A stretch of 64,000 bases of DNA from an uncultured Candidatus Entotheonella sp. (GCA_965217185.1 OZ244252.1:1696001-1760000); one strand, 5' to 3'; counted from the stretch's first letter, positions 50,243 through 60,901 are shown. Program-made: numbers and translations. Notes: generated from the letters alone by a model not told the origin.

Positions 50243-51199
50243 ATGGCTAGCGTGAATGGATACAGGCTCTTCACGGTGCTGATGGGCTTGCTGACGCTTC
50301 TGGCAGCGCCGACCCGCCAAGGGCTGGCCCAGGCCCTGGGGAAGCGACGGAACGACCGCCAGAGATGCAGCCCGGCCGGCATTTTCAGGATTGTCCGGGA
50401 TGCCCGCAGTTGGTCGTGGTACCCACAGGGTCGTTCATGATGGGATCGCTGCCTGGTGAGGCAGGGCGATTCAATAATGAAAGTCCGCAACAACGGGTGG
50501 CCCTCGGCCAGCCGTTTGCGGTGGGCGTGCACGAGGTGACGAGGGGCCAGTATTCGCGCTCCGCGCGGGAGACGGGCCACCCGCGTGGCGATGCCTGCTG
50601 GGCGTGGGATGCTGACCAAGAGAAAGCGATCGAACGCCCCGATCGCAATTGGCAGAATCCCGGCTTTGAGCAGACCGATCGGCACCCGGTGGTATGTGTT
50701 AACTGGGACGACGCGCAGGCGTACGTGCGGTGGCTGTCCGGAAAGACGGGGCATCGCTACCGGCTGCTGAGCGAATCGGAGTGGGAGTATGTGGCGCGCG
50801 GCGGGACCCACGGCGCGGTATTGGGGAGAGACGCAGGCAGACCAGTGCCGGCATGCCAATGGGGCGGATGCCAGGACGCCATTCAAATGGCGCGCCGACT
50901 GCGACGACGGCCAGGCTTGGACAGCCCCCGTAGGGAATTATACGGCCAACGGCTTTGGTCTGTACGACACCTTGGGCAACGTGTGGGAGTGGGTGCAGGA
51001 CTGTTGGAACAAGAGCTACGCTGGCGCCCCGAGTGATGGTCAGGCATGGGAGCGTGGAGAATGTGGGCGGCGCGTGGTGCGCGGTGGCTCCTGGATCTAC
51101 GGCACGCGGAGTCTGCGATCTGCCAGCCGCAGCAGGGAGGCCAGCCGATTCCGCTTCATCAACACCGGCTTTCGCGTCGCCCGCCCGCTTGACCCCTGA
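50243..51199 (+). pseudogene. FGE-sulfatase (SUMF1) domain exported protein, frameshifted twice
   Basis: Signal peptide from ATG 50243; DCPGCP..GSFMMGS, HPVVCVNWDDA, RLLSESEWEY, NGFGLYD.LGNVWEW, RGGSW, GFRVAR spread over three frames. Confidence 0.8.
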
Positions 51200-51261
51200 G
51201 CGGTTGCCGACCGATGTCTGCCGGTCTTACACGCTCCTCGCAGCATGCCGCCCAGAGGCGA

Positions 51262-51650
51262 GAGCTGATGGAGAGGATCGAAGCGCTGCAACGGGCGACC
51301 AGCTCATCGTCAGTGAGTTGTCGCGCTTGGGTCGAAGCCTCGGTCAGATCCTGCACGTCATTGATCGCCTGATCCACAAAGGCGTGCGCCTCGTATCGAT
51401 CAAGGAGGCCATTCGGTTCGAGGGCAAGCAGAATCTCCAGACCAAGGCGATGATCGTCCTGTTCGGGCTCTTTGCCGAGATCGAACGCGACCTGATCGTG
51501 GAGCGGGGCAAGTCGAGGCTCGACGGCAAGGAAGAGGACATCCGGACGTTTCGGCAAAAGGGGGACTCGAAGGCCTCCATCGCCCGCATCATGGAGGTCT
51601 CGCCGACCACCCTACGTCACTTTTCAGGAAGTGAAAACTTCAGGCCAGGA
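51262..51650 (+). pseudogene. Serine recombinase fragment
   Basis: GDQLIVSELSRLGRS, FAEIERDLI and an HTH; lacks the catalytic N-terminus and has an internal deletion. Confidence 0.7.
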
Positions 51651-51817
51651 CGGCTTCACCGCGGTGACGTGATGAGTAACAGTGTTCCTTAACAACCAAA
51701 ATTGTTCCCTTACTATCGGATACCCTACTTCCTTGACAAAACTGCAACCCGTCGCCTGAACGGTGAGATTCATGGATCATTCCTCCCTGTAGCGGGTTTC
51801 AATCCGCTTGCGGTCTT

Positions 51818-52732
51818 TTACCCTGTCGAGCGCATTCGGGGGTCGAGGGTGTCCCGTACGGCATCCCCAAAGAGATTGAAGGCAAAGACCGAGACGGTAA
51901 TCGCCAAGCCGGGGAAAATAGCCATCCAAGGCGCGCTCTCGGCATACTCCTCAGCGCCGCCCTGAAGCATCAGCCCCCAGGCCGGCGTGGGTTCTTGAAC
52001 CCCGAGTCCCAGGTATGAAAGCGAGGCTTCCAGCAGGATCGCCTGCCCCAGGAACGCCGTCAGCATGATCAGGTAAGGCGCCACGACATTCGGCGTCATA
52101 TGGTACATCATGATGCGGGCGTGGCTGAAACCGCACGCCCGTGCGGCATCAATGTAGGGCAGTTCGCGCACGGCGAGAGCGCTGGAACGTACCACCCGAG
52201 CACAACGTGGAATAAAGGGCACAGTGATCGCCACGACGACATTGTGGGTGCTGGTGCCAAAGATTGACACGATGGCGAGCGCCATGATGATCAGCGGGAA
52301 AGCCATGAAGATGTCCATCAGGCGCTGAAAAAAGAGGTCGAAACGGCCGCCGAAATACGCACTGGCCACGCCCAACATCAACCCCAGAGAGGCCCCGATA
52401 AACGAAGCGACCAGCCCAACGAGCATGGCGGTGCGAGCCCCATAGACCAGCCTCGACAGTACATCGCGGCCAAACTGATCCGTACCAAACCAGTGGACCG
52501 TGCTGGGCGGTACATGCATACGGTCGAAGGCGTTGCGGACGGGATCGTAGGGGGCGATCACCGGTGCCAGCAGGGCCACCAGGAGCATGCCCAGCACGAT
52601 GACCGCCCCGGCCGCCCCGAGGGGCTTCTGGCGTACCCAGGACAGGGTGGCGCGTCCCAGCCTAACGCCTGTCAAAGCGCCTGACGTTGCTTCACGGGCA
52701 ACCTGGGCAGGGGGCTCCGAAGCGGCCATCAA
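51818..52732 (-). CDS. Peptide/nickel ABC transporter permease (DppC-like)
   Basis: FGTDQFGRD, YIDAARACG, EASLSYLGLG. Confidence 0.92.
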   Translation of the reverse strand: MMAASEPPAQVAREATSGALTGVRLGRATLSWVRQKPLGAAGAVIVLGMLLVALLAPVIAPYDPVRNAFDRMHVPPSTVHWFGTDQFGRDVLSRLVYGARTAMLVGLVASFIGASLGLMLGVASAYFGGRFDLFFQRLMDIFMAFPLIIMALAIVSIFGTSTHNVVVAITVPFIPRCARVVRSSALAVRELPYIDAARACGFSHARIMMYHMTPNVVAPYLIMLTAFLGQAILLEASLSYLGLGVQEPTPAWGLMLQGGAEEYAESAPWMAIFPGLAITVSVFAFNLFGDAVRDTLDPRMRSTG

Positions 52733-52739
52733 GCCTCTC

Positions 52740-53711
52740 CTAACGGTAACGAATGCGTGGATCGATCCAGGCGTAAATCAGATCAATGACAAAATTGGTC
52801 ATGATAAATACGAAGGCCACGAGCATGACCAACGACTGTGTTAGCGTGTAATCATGATTTCCCACCGATTCAACGAAAAGCTTGCCAAGACCGTTCAAAT
52901 TGAATACTTGCTCGGTGACGACCAGCCCGCCTATCAGGAAGGCAAATTCGATCCCGATAACCGTGACGACAGGCAGCAAGGCATTTTTCAGGGCGTGCCG
53001 GTTGATGATCAAGTGCTCCACCAATCCCTTGGCGCGCGCCGTGCGTATGTAGTCCTCCTGCAGAACTTCCAGCAAAGCGGAGCGGGTCATGCGCGCCGCC
53101 ACGGCGGAATACCGATAGCCGGTGGCCAAAGCCGGCCACACCAGTTGCGACAGGTTGGCAACCGGGTCCACCCAGATCGGCGTGTACTGGATAGGCGGCA
53201 TCCAAGGCGTGCCCCAGAGCGCCTGCGTACCGATCAGGAGCGCCAGAATAATCAGGATGCCCAGCCAAAAGGAAGGCATGGCCAGGCCGGCAATGCTGAA
53301 GGCGCGTACCCCATAGTCGATCCACGTGTCCTGGTTAATGGCCGATAGGGTTCCGAGTGGAATCGCCAGGAGAATGGCCGTCATCGTGGCCATGATGGCC
53401 ACTTGCAGCGAGAGTTGAAAACGCAAACCTATTTCGTAGATGATCGGCCGCCCGGTCCACATGGAAACGCCAAAATCACCGCGTACCATGCCCCACACCC
53501 AGTCGAAAAATTGCCTTGGCAGCGACTTGGTCAGCCCGGCCTGCTCACGGCAGAGCTGGATGGCCTTCTCATCAGCGTAGGCCCCTTCACCAGCGAGCCT
53601 GAGTTCGCAAACGTCGCCTGGAATGAGACGCATCAGCAGGAAGACGAACACGGCCGCCCCCAACAAGGTGGGAATCATCAAGAGCAGCCGCTTGCCAATA
53701 TACTTCGTCAT
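52740..53711 (-). CDS. Peptide/nickel ABC transporter permease (DppB-like)
   Basis: RLIPGD, GDFGVS, EDYIRTARAKG, HALKNA. Confidence 0.92.
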   Translation of the reverse strand: MTKYIGKRLLLMIPTLLGAAVFVFLLMRLIPGDVCELRLAGEGAYADEKAIQLCREQAGLTKSLPRQFFDWVWGMVRGDFGVSMWTGRPIIYEIGLRFQLSLQVAIMATMTAILLAIPLGTLSAINQDTWIDYGVRAFSIAGLAMPSFWLGILIILALLIGTQALWGTPWMPPIQYTPIWVDPVANLSQLVWPALATGYRYSAVAARMTRSALLEVLQEDYIRTARAKGLVEHLIINRHALKNALLPVVTVIGIEFAFLIGGLVVTEQVFNLNGLGKLFVESVGNHDYTLTQSLVMLVAFVFIMTNFVIDLIYAWIDPRIRYR

Positions 53712-53744
53712 GCGCGTGCACCCTGCGCTGATCATGCCGGCACG

Positions 53745-55364
53745 CTATGGCGCCAGCCATACCGTAGACAGATCCTGATTCAAGTAGTGGCTCGGGCTAA
53801 TTGTCCACCCGCGCACGTTCGAGCGATGGGGAATGATACGGTACCACCACAAGGTCACCAGCATGTGGGCCTGCTCATCAAGGGCGCGCTTTTCAAAACG
53901 CCGCATGAGCCGTCGCTGCTCGGCCGCGTCCGGGGTACGGTTCATCCGGTCAAACAGATCGTCGAGCACCCGGTCCTGGTAATTGGCGTAGTTATTCCCC
54001 GAGCGGTCATTGGAGACAAACTTCGACACGTCGAGCAACGGGTTGACGACCGCCTGACAGTTAAAATCGATACTGACGGCAAAGCGCTTGCTCTGACTTC
54101 GCAGGGTTTGAAAAAAAGGCCCGGTTGGCTGTACCCACTGCTCGGCATTAAGGCCAATATGGCGCCATTGATCGATCAACCAGGTGCCGATGATCTTGTA
54201 CGGCTGATCCACGCCGCGATTATGCAATTTGAACCTGAAACCCTCAGGCACCCCGGCCTGTTGCAACAGGCGGCGCGCCTCGGCCCGTGAGGCCTCGAGG
54301 TCCGGCCAGTACCCCGCGATGTCCTGCAGTTCGTCCGCCGTTGCAGCGAAGGGATGACCTGGAAAGACCACCCCACCCACTGTTTTGACCACGGCAATCT
54401 TCGACAGGTACATCGAGCCCCCCCAACGGTCGATCGCCAACGACAGCGCCCGACGCACGCGCGGGTCGTCAAAGGGGGGCACCAAATGGTTCGGGGTCAC
54501 CAGGAGGACACAATTCCAGTCAGACTCTTGCACGGTAATGGCCTCTCCCAACGCACGCACCAGATCATGACGGCTTTTGGGGGGAAAGCCACGAAATTCG
54601 ATCATGGCCCGGCCCCCACGGATCGCCTGCACACGCAACGACTGCTTTTTGGCAAAAATGGCCCGGAAGCCGTCAAGATAGGGTTGGCCCGCATGATGAT
54701 AGTTCGGATGACGCCTGCCGGTAATAAAGGCGCCGGGCTGGTGCTCGGTGAAGATAAACGGCCCGGACCCCAGCACCTGGTGCTCGTACCAGCGCATATC
54801 CTGCGCCAGTTGCTTGGCGCTGTAGATAAAGTTGAACGGGCTTGCTAGAGCCGGGATGAATGCCGCTGAAGGGTGGTGCAATTTGAAGACCACGGTGAAC
54901 TCATCGCTGGCATAAAAGGTGTCCACCATACTGAAAAAGGCCTGGCGTGCACTGGCCACACCGGCAGGTGGAAAGATGATCTTGTTGAACGTGGCCACGA
55001 CGTCGTCTGCAGTCACCCTTTGTCCATCCGCGAAGGTGGCGTTTTGGCGCAGCTTAAACGTATAGGTGGTGCCGTTATCCGTGGGTTCGGGCACCTCGAG
55101 GGCCAGATCGCCTGCAAAATCGGTTGGAGACCCCGGATTATCCGGATTGACCCGAATCAGCACACTGTAGAAGGGAGCAATCGGGTGAATTAAGGCAAAG
55201 GTGGTCTCACGATGGCCATCGAAGCTGGGGGGCTCCGCCGGCACGACATAGGTCAGAATGCCACCGTATGTCGGCGTTTCAGCAAGCGCCGGGCAGCAAG
55301 CCACGCCCATCAACAGACCCATCACGACCCACACCAGCCCTAACCGTCGTTGGATGCGTTGCAT
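53745..55364 (-). CDS. ABC transporter substrate-binding protein, family 5 (DppA-like)
   Basis: Signal peptide; YTFKLRQNATFADG, GSGPF, PFDDPRVRRALSLAIDR. Confidence 0.92.
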   Translation of the reverse strand: MQRIQRRLGLVWVVMGLLMGVACCPALAETPTYGGILTYVVPAEPPSFDGHRETTFALIHPIAPFYSVLIRVNPDNPGSPTDFAGDLALEVPEPTDNGTTYTFKLRQNATFADGQRVTADDVVATFNKIIFPPAGVASARQAFFSMVDTFYASDEFTVVFKLHHPSAAFIPALASPFNFIYSAKQLAQDMRWYEHQVLGSGPFIFTEHQPGAFITGRRHPNYHHAGQPYLDGFRAIFAKKQSLRVQAIRGGRAMIEFRGFPPKSRHDLVRALGEAITVQESDWNCVLLVTPNHLVPPFDDPRVRRALSLAIDRWGGSMYLSKIAVVKTVGGVVFPGHPFAATADELQDIAGYWPDLEASRAEARRLLQQAGVPEGFRFKLHNRGVDQPYKIIGTWLIDQWRHIGLNAEQWVQPTGPFFQTLRSQSKRFAVSIDFNCQAVVNPLLDVSKFVSNDRSGNNYANYQDRVLDDLFDRMNRTPDAAEQRRLMRRFEKRALDEQAHMLVTLWWYRIIPHRSNVRGWTISPSHYLNQDLSTVWLAP

Positions 55365-55416
55365 GGCACTCGTTCTCCTTATTGGCTCCTGATCGGGGTC
55401 GGGCAGGTCGCCCGGT

Positions 55417-56439
55417 TTAGATCTCTGTGCACGCCACCCAATGTCCGGGCGCCGTCTCTCGCAAGGCCGGCGCCTGACGACGGCAGCTGGCAACGGCCAT
55501 AGGACAACGCGGATGAAAGACACAACCACTTGGGGGATTGATCGGGCTTGGCACCTCCCCGGTGAGGATCACGCGCTGGCGACTGTCCTCGACCTGCGGG
55601 TCTGGAACCGGCACAGCGGAAAGCAGGGCCTGAGTGTAGGGATGTTCAGGGTGCTCATAAAGGGTGTCACAGGTGGCCATCTCGACAATCTTGCCCAGGT
55701 ACATGACCGCCACCCGATGGCACAGATGACGTACGACGCTCAAATCATGCGCAATGAAAAGATACGTGAGACGAAAGGCATCGCGTAGCTCTTCGAGCAG
55801 ATTGATGATCTGCGCCTGAATGGACACGTCGAGCGCCGAAACGGGCTCATCGCAGATCAACAAGGCTGGCTGCGTCGACAGGGCCCGCGCAATGCCGACG
55901 CGCTGGCGTTGCCCGCCGCTCATCTCGTGTGGATAACGTTGGGCCATCTCCGGGCTCAGGCCACAACGACTCAGGAGTTCGTTGACACGTTCCCACCGCC
56001 GGCGTCTATCGGGCTCAACGCCGTGTACCTTCATGGGTTCCGCAATGGTCGCGCCGATCTTCTGACGTGGATTGAGAGCGCTGTAGGGGTCTTGAAAGAT
56101 AACCTGAATCTTTCGCCGCAGCGGCCGCAACTCCTGCTCATTGAGTTCAACGAGGTTCGTCCCCTCAAAGCGTATCTGTCCGGCGGTAGGGCGATCGAGC
56201 TGCAAGATGCAGCGCCCCAAGGTGGTTTTGCCACACCCGGACTCGCCAACCAGGCCAAGCGTTTCCCCCTGGCTGAGGCGGAAACTCACGTCATCAACCG
56301 CCTTGACATACGCCACCGTCTTCTGGAAGAACATGCCTTGGGGGATGGGGAAATACTTTTTGACACCCACCACGTCGAGCAGGCACGCCTCCGTAGCCCT
56401 GCCTTCTGCCGCAGGGGTATTCTCAGTCAGCGCCGTCAT
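55417..56439 (-). CDS. Peptide ABC ATP-binding protein (DppF-like)
   Basis: GESGCGKTT, SGGQRQR, DEPVSALD, C-terminal CVFHPRC. Confidence 0.93.
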   Translation of the reverse strand: MTALTENTPAAEGRATEACLLDVVGVKKYFPIPQGMFFQKTVAYVKAVDDVSFRLSQGETLGLVGESGCGKTTLGRCILQLDRPTAGQIRFEGTNLVELNEQELRPLRRKIQVIFQDPYSALNPRQKIGATIAEPMKVHGVEPDRRRRWERVNELLSRCGLSPEMAQRYPHEMSGGQRQRVGIARALSTQPALLICDEPVSALDVSIQAQIINLLEELRDAFRLTYLFIAHDLSVVRHLCHRVAVMYLGKIVEMATCDTLYEHPEHPYTQALLSAVPVPDPQVEDSRQRVILTGEVPSPINPPSGCVFHPRCPMAVASCRRQAPALRETAPGHWVACTEI

Positions 56440-57434
56440 CAGGCCACCCCCTGGGGCTCACCAAGCTGGTTCTGTTGCCAACACGCCGAGCCATGGCCGT
56501 TTTCCAGATGCACCAGGTAGGGCACCTCAAGGGCGCAGCGCTCTACTTTGAAGTGGCAACGTGGCCCAAAGGCGCATCCGCGCGGTAGCCGCATCAGGTC
56601 GGGCGGCTGCCCTGGAATCGACTCCAGCTGGCGTCGGCGAGGCTGATCCAGACGGGGAACCGACCGCAATAATCCCAAGGTATAGGGGTGGCGCGGATGG
56701 CGGTAGACATCGCGGGCCTTACCCTGCTCGATGATTTTGCCGGCGTACATGACGTTGACCCGATCGGCGTAACGCGCCACCACCCCCAGATTGTGCGTAA
56801 TAAGGATCAACGCCACCCCGAGGCGCCGGCTCAGGGCTTTCATCAACTCCAATATCTGAGCCTGAATCGTGACGTCGAGTGCGGTGGTAGGCTCATCAGC
56901 AACGATTAACGCCGGTTCACAGCACAGCGCCATGGCAATCATGACGCGCTGACGCATACCTCCACTGAGGTGGTGCGGATACTGCTTGAGACGCTGCTCG
57001 GAATCGGGAATCCCCACCATCTGCAAGTACGCCACGGCTCTTTTGGCGCTCTCTGCGCGACTAATGGCCAAATGCTGCACCATGGTTTCCGTTAACTGCA
57101 AGCCAATGGTCAGCACGGGGTTGAGCGAGGTCATGGGCTCCTGGAACACCATGGCGATTTGACGACCGCGTACCGCCCGCATGTCTTCGTTGCTCAGCGC
57201 CAGCAGATCTTGACCCCAAAAGCGAATCGAGCCAGACACAATGCGCCCAGGCGGAACCGGAAGCAGCCTGAGGATCGACAGCGCGCTCACAGACTTGCCG
57301 CACCCCGATTCGCCAACAATCGCCACCGTTTCCCCCTGTTCCACGTCATACGACATGCCATCGACGGCATGGACGATGCCCGAAGGGGTGTGAAACTGGG
57401 TTCTGAGGTCTTGGACTTCCAGCAGTTTCGCCAT
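56439..57434 (-). CDS. Peptide ABC ATP-binding protein (DppD-like)
   Basis: GESGCGKS, SGGMRQR, DEPTTALD. Confidence 0.93.
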   Translation of the reverse strand: MAKLLEVQDLRTQFHTPSGIVHAVDGMSYDVEQGETVAIVGESGCGKSVSALSILRLLPVPPGRIVSGSIRFWGQDLLALSNEDMRAVRGRQIAMVFQEPMTSLNPVLTIGLQLTETMVQHLAISRAESAKRAVAYLQMVGIPDSEQRLKQYPHHLSGGMRQRVMIAMALCCEPALIVADEPTTALDVTIQAQILELMKALSRRLGVALILITHNLGVVARYADRVNVMYAGKIIEQGKARDVYRHPRHPYTLGLLRSVPRLDQPRRRQLESIPGQPPDLMRLPRGCAFGPRCHFKVERCALEVPYLVHLENGHGSACWQQNQLGEPQGVA

Positions 57435-57559
57435 GCGCCGGATTATACGTCATGTGAAGGGATGAAATGGGAGTCGATGCCGACCAAGTGCAGTTCGTCG
57501 CCGGCAACGCCCTCAACTTGCCCGGTTCTTTGCCTCGTGCTGTGGATTTTCTTCTCTAA

Positions 57560-59033
57560 TACTACAGTTGCAATTCCACGTTACGATTCTGGCGCCGTCG
57601 GTAATGACACCATCGCGCCATCCATTGATGCCGACGGCGCCATTTGCTCCATCCCAACACCTGCTCCACGCCGTGCCACACCCTCAGCACTAAACGCCAA
57701 AACAAACGCCGTATCTCCGCCACACTCAACACGACACCAAGCCCCGCGACGCTTTGAAGCCCAACAGACTGCTCACCGACGAGCGTTTTTTTTCCACCAC
57801 CTCCAAGTGGGCGGCCCGCACGGCACTCAGCAACGCCAACGCCCACATCGACAAGGTGACGTGACGATACCACCCCGTCCAACTGCGAACCTCATACTCA
57901 TCTAGTCCCACTTCACCCTTGGCCGCCTCAAAACACATCTCAATACACCAACGCCGACCCGCCACCGACACCAGCGTCGCCAAGTCCGTGCCGCACGGCG
58001 CATACACCGCATAGGCCGTCAACTTCCCGTCCGCTTTCAGGCTGCGACGCACCAGCAAACAGCGGCGCCAACCCGCCTGCGCCGCCGTCAACCCCACACA
58101 CTGCCAGTCATAGAACCTCGGCCCCTTGCTCCCCGAACCGGCACTCAGTCGCTGCCAAGCCCCCTCGTCAAGCCCCGCAAGCACCGACTGCACCGAACAC
58201 GGACGACCCTCAAACCAGACACGTTCCTTGCCAGACACCGCCAACACATACGCCTTTGCCTGCCCTTCCAACCACAGACGCAAGCGACGCGCGTCGCCGT
58301 AAACGCTGTCGCCCACCACCCACGAGGCAGGCACCCCCGAAGCAAAGGCGCGCTCAAGCATCGTCCGGGCTAACTCAGGTTTGGTGGCAAACTCTGCCTC
58401 TGGAGCAATGCCCGCCCGCTGGCAGCGCGCAGCATCCTCCGTCCACGACGCGGGTAGGTATAAGGCACGGTCCAGCAAGGTCTGACCCAGGCGACTGGCG
58501 TAGCCCACAAACACGCCAATCTGACAGTTTTCGACTTTGCCGGCCGTGCCGCTGTACTGCCTGGCCACCCCGGCGGAGCGGTCGCCTTTTTTCAAGAATC
58601 CCGTCTCATCGACCACCAGCACCGCGTCGGGGTCGCCCAGGTGTGCCACGACGTAGGCACACAGGGCGTCTCGCAGGTCGTCGGCCTGCCACGAAGCCCG
58701 TCCGAGCAAGTGCTGGATGCCATAGGGCGTAGCATCGCCGTTGATTTCCGCCAACTGCCAGGCGTTTTTACGTTCTGTGGTGCTGAGCAGTCCTTCGATA
58801 TAGGCCACGGCGCGTTGCCACGATTCCCGACGGCCAAAGGAGGGACGCAGGCACTGGTCCACCTCATGGAGATAGGCTTGCCAGCCCGTGACAGTCGTCA
58901 TAGCCTGCCCCGTGCTTGACATGGGGTCGGCCTCGGTTGCGAGCGAGTTGAACGGCTGGCTTAACATCATGGCTCTCCTTCGCTTTGCGTTCAGGGAAAA
59001 GACCATGATAACAGCTAAACCGCAACTGTAGTA
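57560..59033 (-). mobile_element. IS701-family insertion sequence
   Basis: 12-bp perfect IRs TACTACAGTTGC / GCAACTGTAGTA; CTAA duplication (57556-59, 59034-37). Confidence 0.92.
57562..58922 (-). CDS. IS701 transposase; the C-terminus lies in the -1 frame after an A8 run
   Basis: VDETGFLKKG, ARQYSG.AGKVENCQ, GDSVYG, RWCIE.FE.AK, GLDEYEVR; tail WSKWRRRHQ..HYRRR in a second frame. Start position uncertain. Confidence 0.8.
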
Positions 59034-59038
59034 CTAAG

Positions 59039-60329
59039 CTCGACTTTGTACGAATTTGGTCAAGTCAGTGCGTGTAACAGGCCGATTGCATCAAGCCCTG
59101 CAGATAGACCCGAGGGATTTCTACCCATTCGGTATCGGGCGTTGATGTTGAAAAATCCTCGACCTTCCACAGGTGCTGCCGTACCGCTGCCAAAGCGTCG
59201 CTGAACGTCGCCTGCTCCTTGGCATACCAAGCACTCTGTCGCACCGCCAAGCGACCGTCCAGATACAGGCCATGAGCCAGCAGCGCCACCAGCGAATACA
59301 AGCTCAGTAGACACGGCGTCGTGCGTTCGATCGCCAGGTCCGACCACTGACGCTGGGTCTCAAAGCCCAAGTGGGCACGGCTCTTTTCGAAGGTCGTCTC
59401 AATGCTCCAGCGCTTGATGAAACACGCCACGACATCGCCTGCCCGGTCACTGGGACACGTCGAGAAGAAGGCCCGTGGTGGGCACTGAGCGTCACAGGGA
59501 CGTACCAGGACCCACCGCAGCGGCAGCACTGGCTGGCCGCTGCGGTACCATAGTGCCGTGCCGCTACTGACCTGCAACCGTCGCACGCGGCCATCGTACC
59601 AGCGTACACGCAGGCATTGCCAAGGAGTCGCCGCGTCGTGCAGGCGCTCGGCCAAACTGGGCAGCCGCTTGCCCTTGTGACGGGGGCGTCCCCGCGTGCC
59701 CACTGGGCGACGGTCTTGTGTCTCAGCCCCAGGCGCTCACTGACTTGCGGCGTTGGCGCCGGGACGCTCAAGATGGGCAAGGCCCAGCAACGGCTATTCC
59801 AGGGTGGCGTGATGACCAGGGTCAGCACGATCCAGCGTAGGCCACTGGTGCTGACGGTGCGCTTGCGGCTGGAAGCTAGCGGGTCGCGGTAATGACCGCG
59901 CTTGCTGATACGTCGGCCCCAGCGTCGCTCCAACGTTTCGTCAATGACGAACGTGAGGCTGCCGCCAGCGGCATCGAAGGTCTGCACCAGCAAGGACAGC
60001 AGACAGCGACTGCCTTTGAGAGCGGACCAGCGGGCACGGTTGAACACCTGATGGTAGAGACTGAACGACGGGGTATCGCCCTGCCCCGTGTGTCGCAGGG
60101 CTGCGGTGACGGTGCGTCGTCCGCGGGCCAATAAGGTGCCGATGAGCAGGCGTTGGGCTTTGCGCCAGGTTGGTACGCTGAAGAGACTTTGAAAGGGCGC
60201 CAGGAGGGTGCTACTGTTTGCTGAAGGGGGCATCGCTGACCTCACTGCAAGATGGTTGGCGTGGAACCTACCATCCTACAATACGGCGGCGATGTCCCTG
60301 GAGCCCTCCTCATTTTGTACAAAGTCGAG
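59039..60329 (-). mobile_element. IS element (IS4/IS701-like DDE), internally deleted
   Basis: 13-bp IRs CTCGACTTTGTAC / GTACAAAGTCGAG; CTAAG duplication (59034-38, 60330-34). Confidence 0.85.
59065..60233 (-). pseudogene. Transposase pseudogene
   Basis: N-part (IDETLERRWG..HKTVAQWAR) is joined out of frame near 59700 to the C-part (GRPRHKG..RWSIETTF); the middle catalytic Asp region appears to be missing. Confidence 0.8.
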
Positions 60330-60650
60330 CTAAGATTCTGTTCCATAAGTCGTGAATGGCCCCGACATGTGCTATTCCAAGTTGATTGCGACACCGTACT
60401 TGGAGGATCACATGCCTTGGGACAGGACACCAGCAATCCTCTGCCTCGTCCAGGGTCTCGTGAGCGTGGCCGCACGTGCCGACCGAACCGAAGACTGAGG
60501 GCAAGACCTACGCCCTCACGATGATGTGGGGGAATCAGACTTTGGGAGAAGTGGACCGCATCATTGCCGAGTTCGGTTTGGACGATATCACCTACAAACC
60601 CATGAATTAAAGGGGCGCTACGCGCGTCGTACCGACCAATCCCGCTGCTA

Positions 60651-60680
60651 ACTTCGTATAAGGCCATTATTATGTAAACT
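60651..60680 (+). other. dif/cer-like XerCD recombination site
   Basis: ACTTCGTATAA-GGCCATTA-TTATGTAAACT: XerC-like arm, 8-bp centre, XerD-like arm. Confidence 0.7.
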
Positions 60681-60901
60681 TTACCATTGGCTGAAACCCG
60701 CATAAACATTGGCCGAACCTTAAACGGCCCGGGATTCAGTTGGCGCGCTCCACCGGAAGGAAGCACTCCCAGGAATTAAGGCAGGCCTGGTGGGACGCGG
60801 AATTGGATTCAGGAGCGTTTTGGCGACTTGGATGGGACACGGACCCACAGCATTGCGCCAATCCACCTCGACAAAGTAAACCCTGCACAGGATCAATCGG
60901 T

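Noticed and set aside
60648..60681. loxP site
   Set aside because: The left part (TAACTTCGTATA) resembles a loxP arm, but the inverted arm TATACGAAGTTAT is absent; the right side fits a XerD arm instead.
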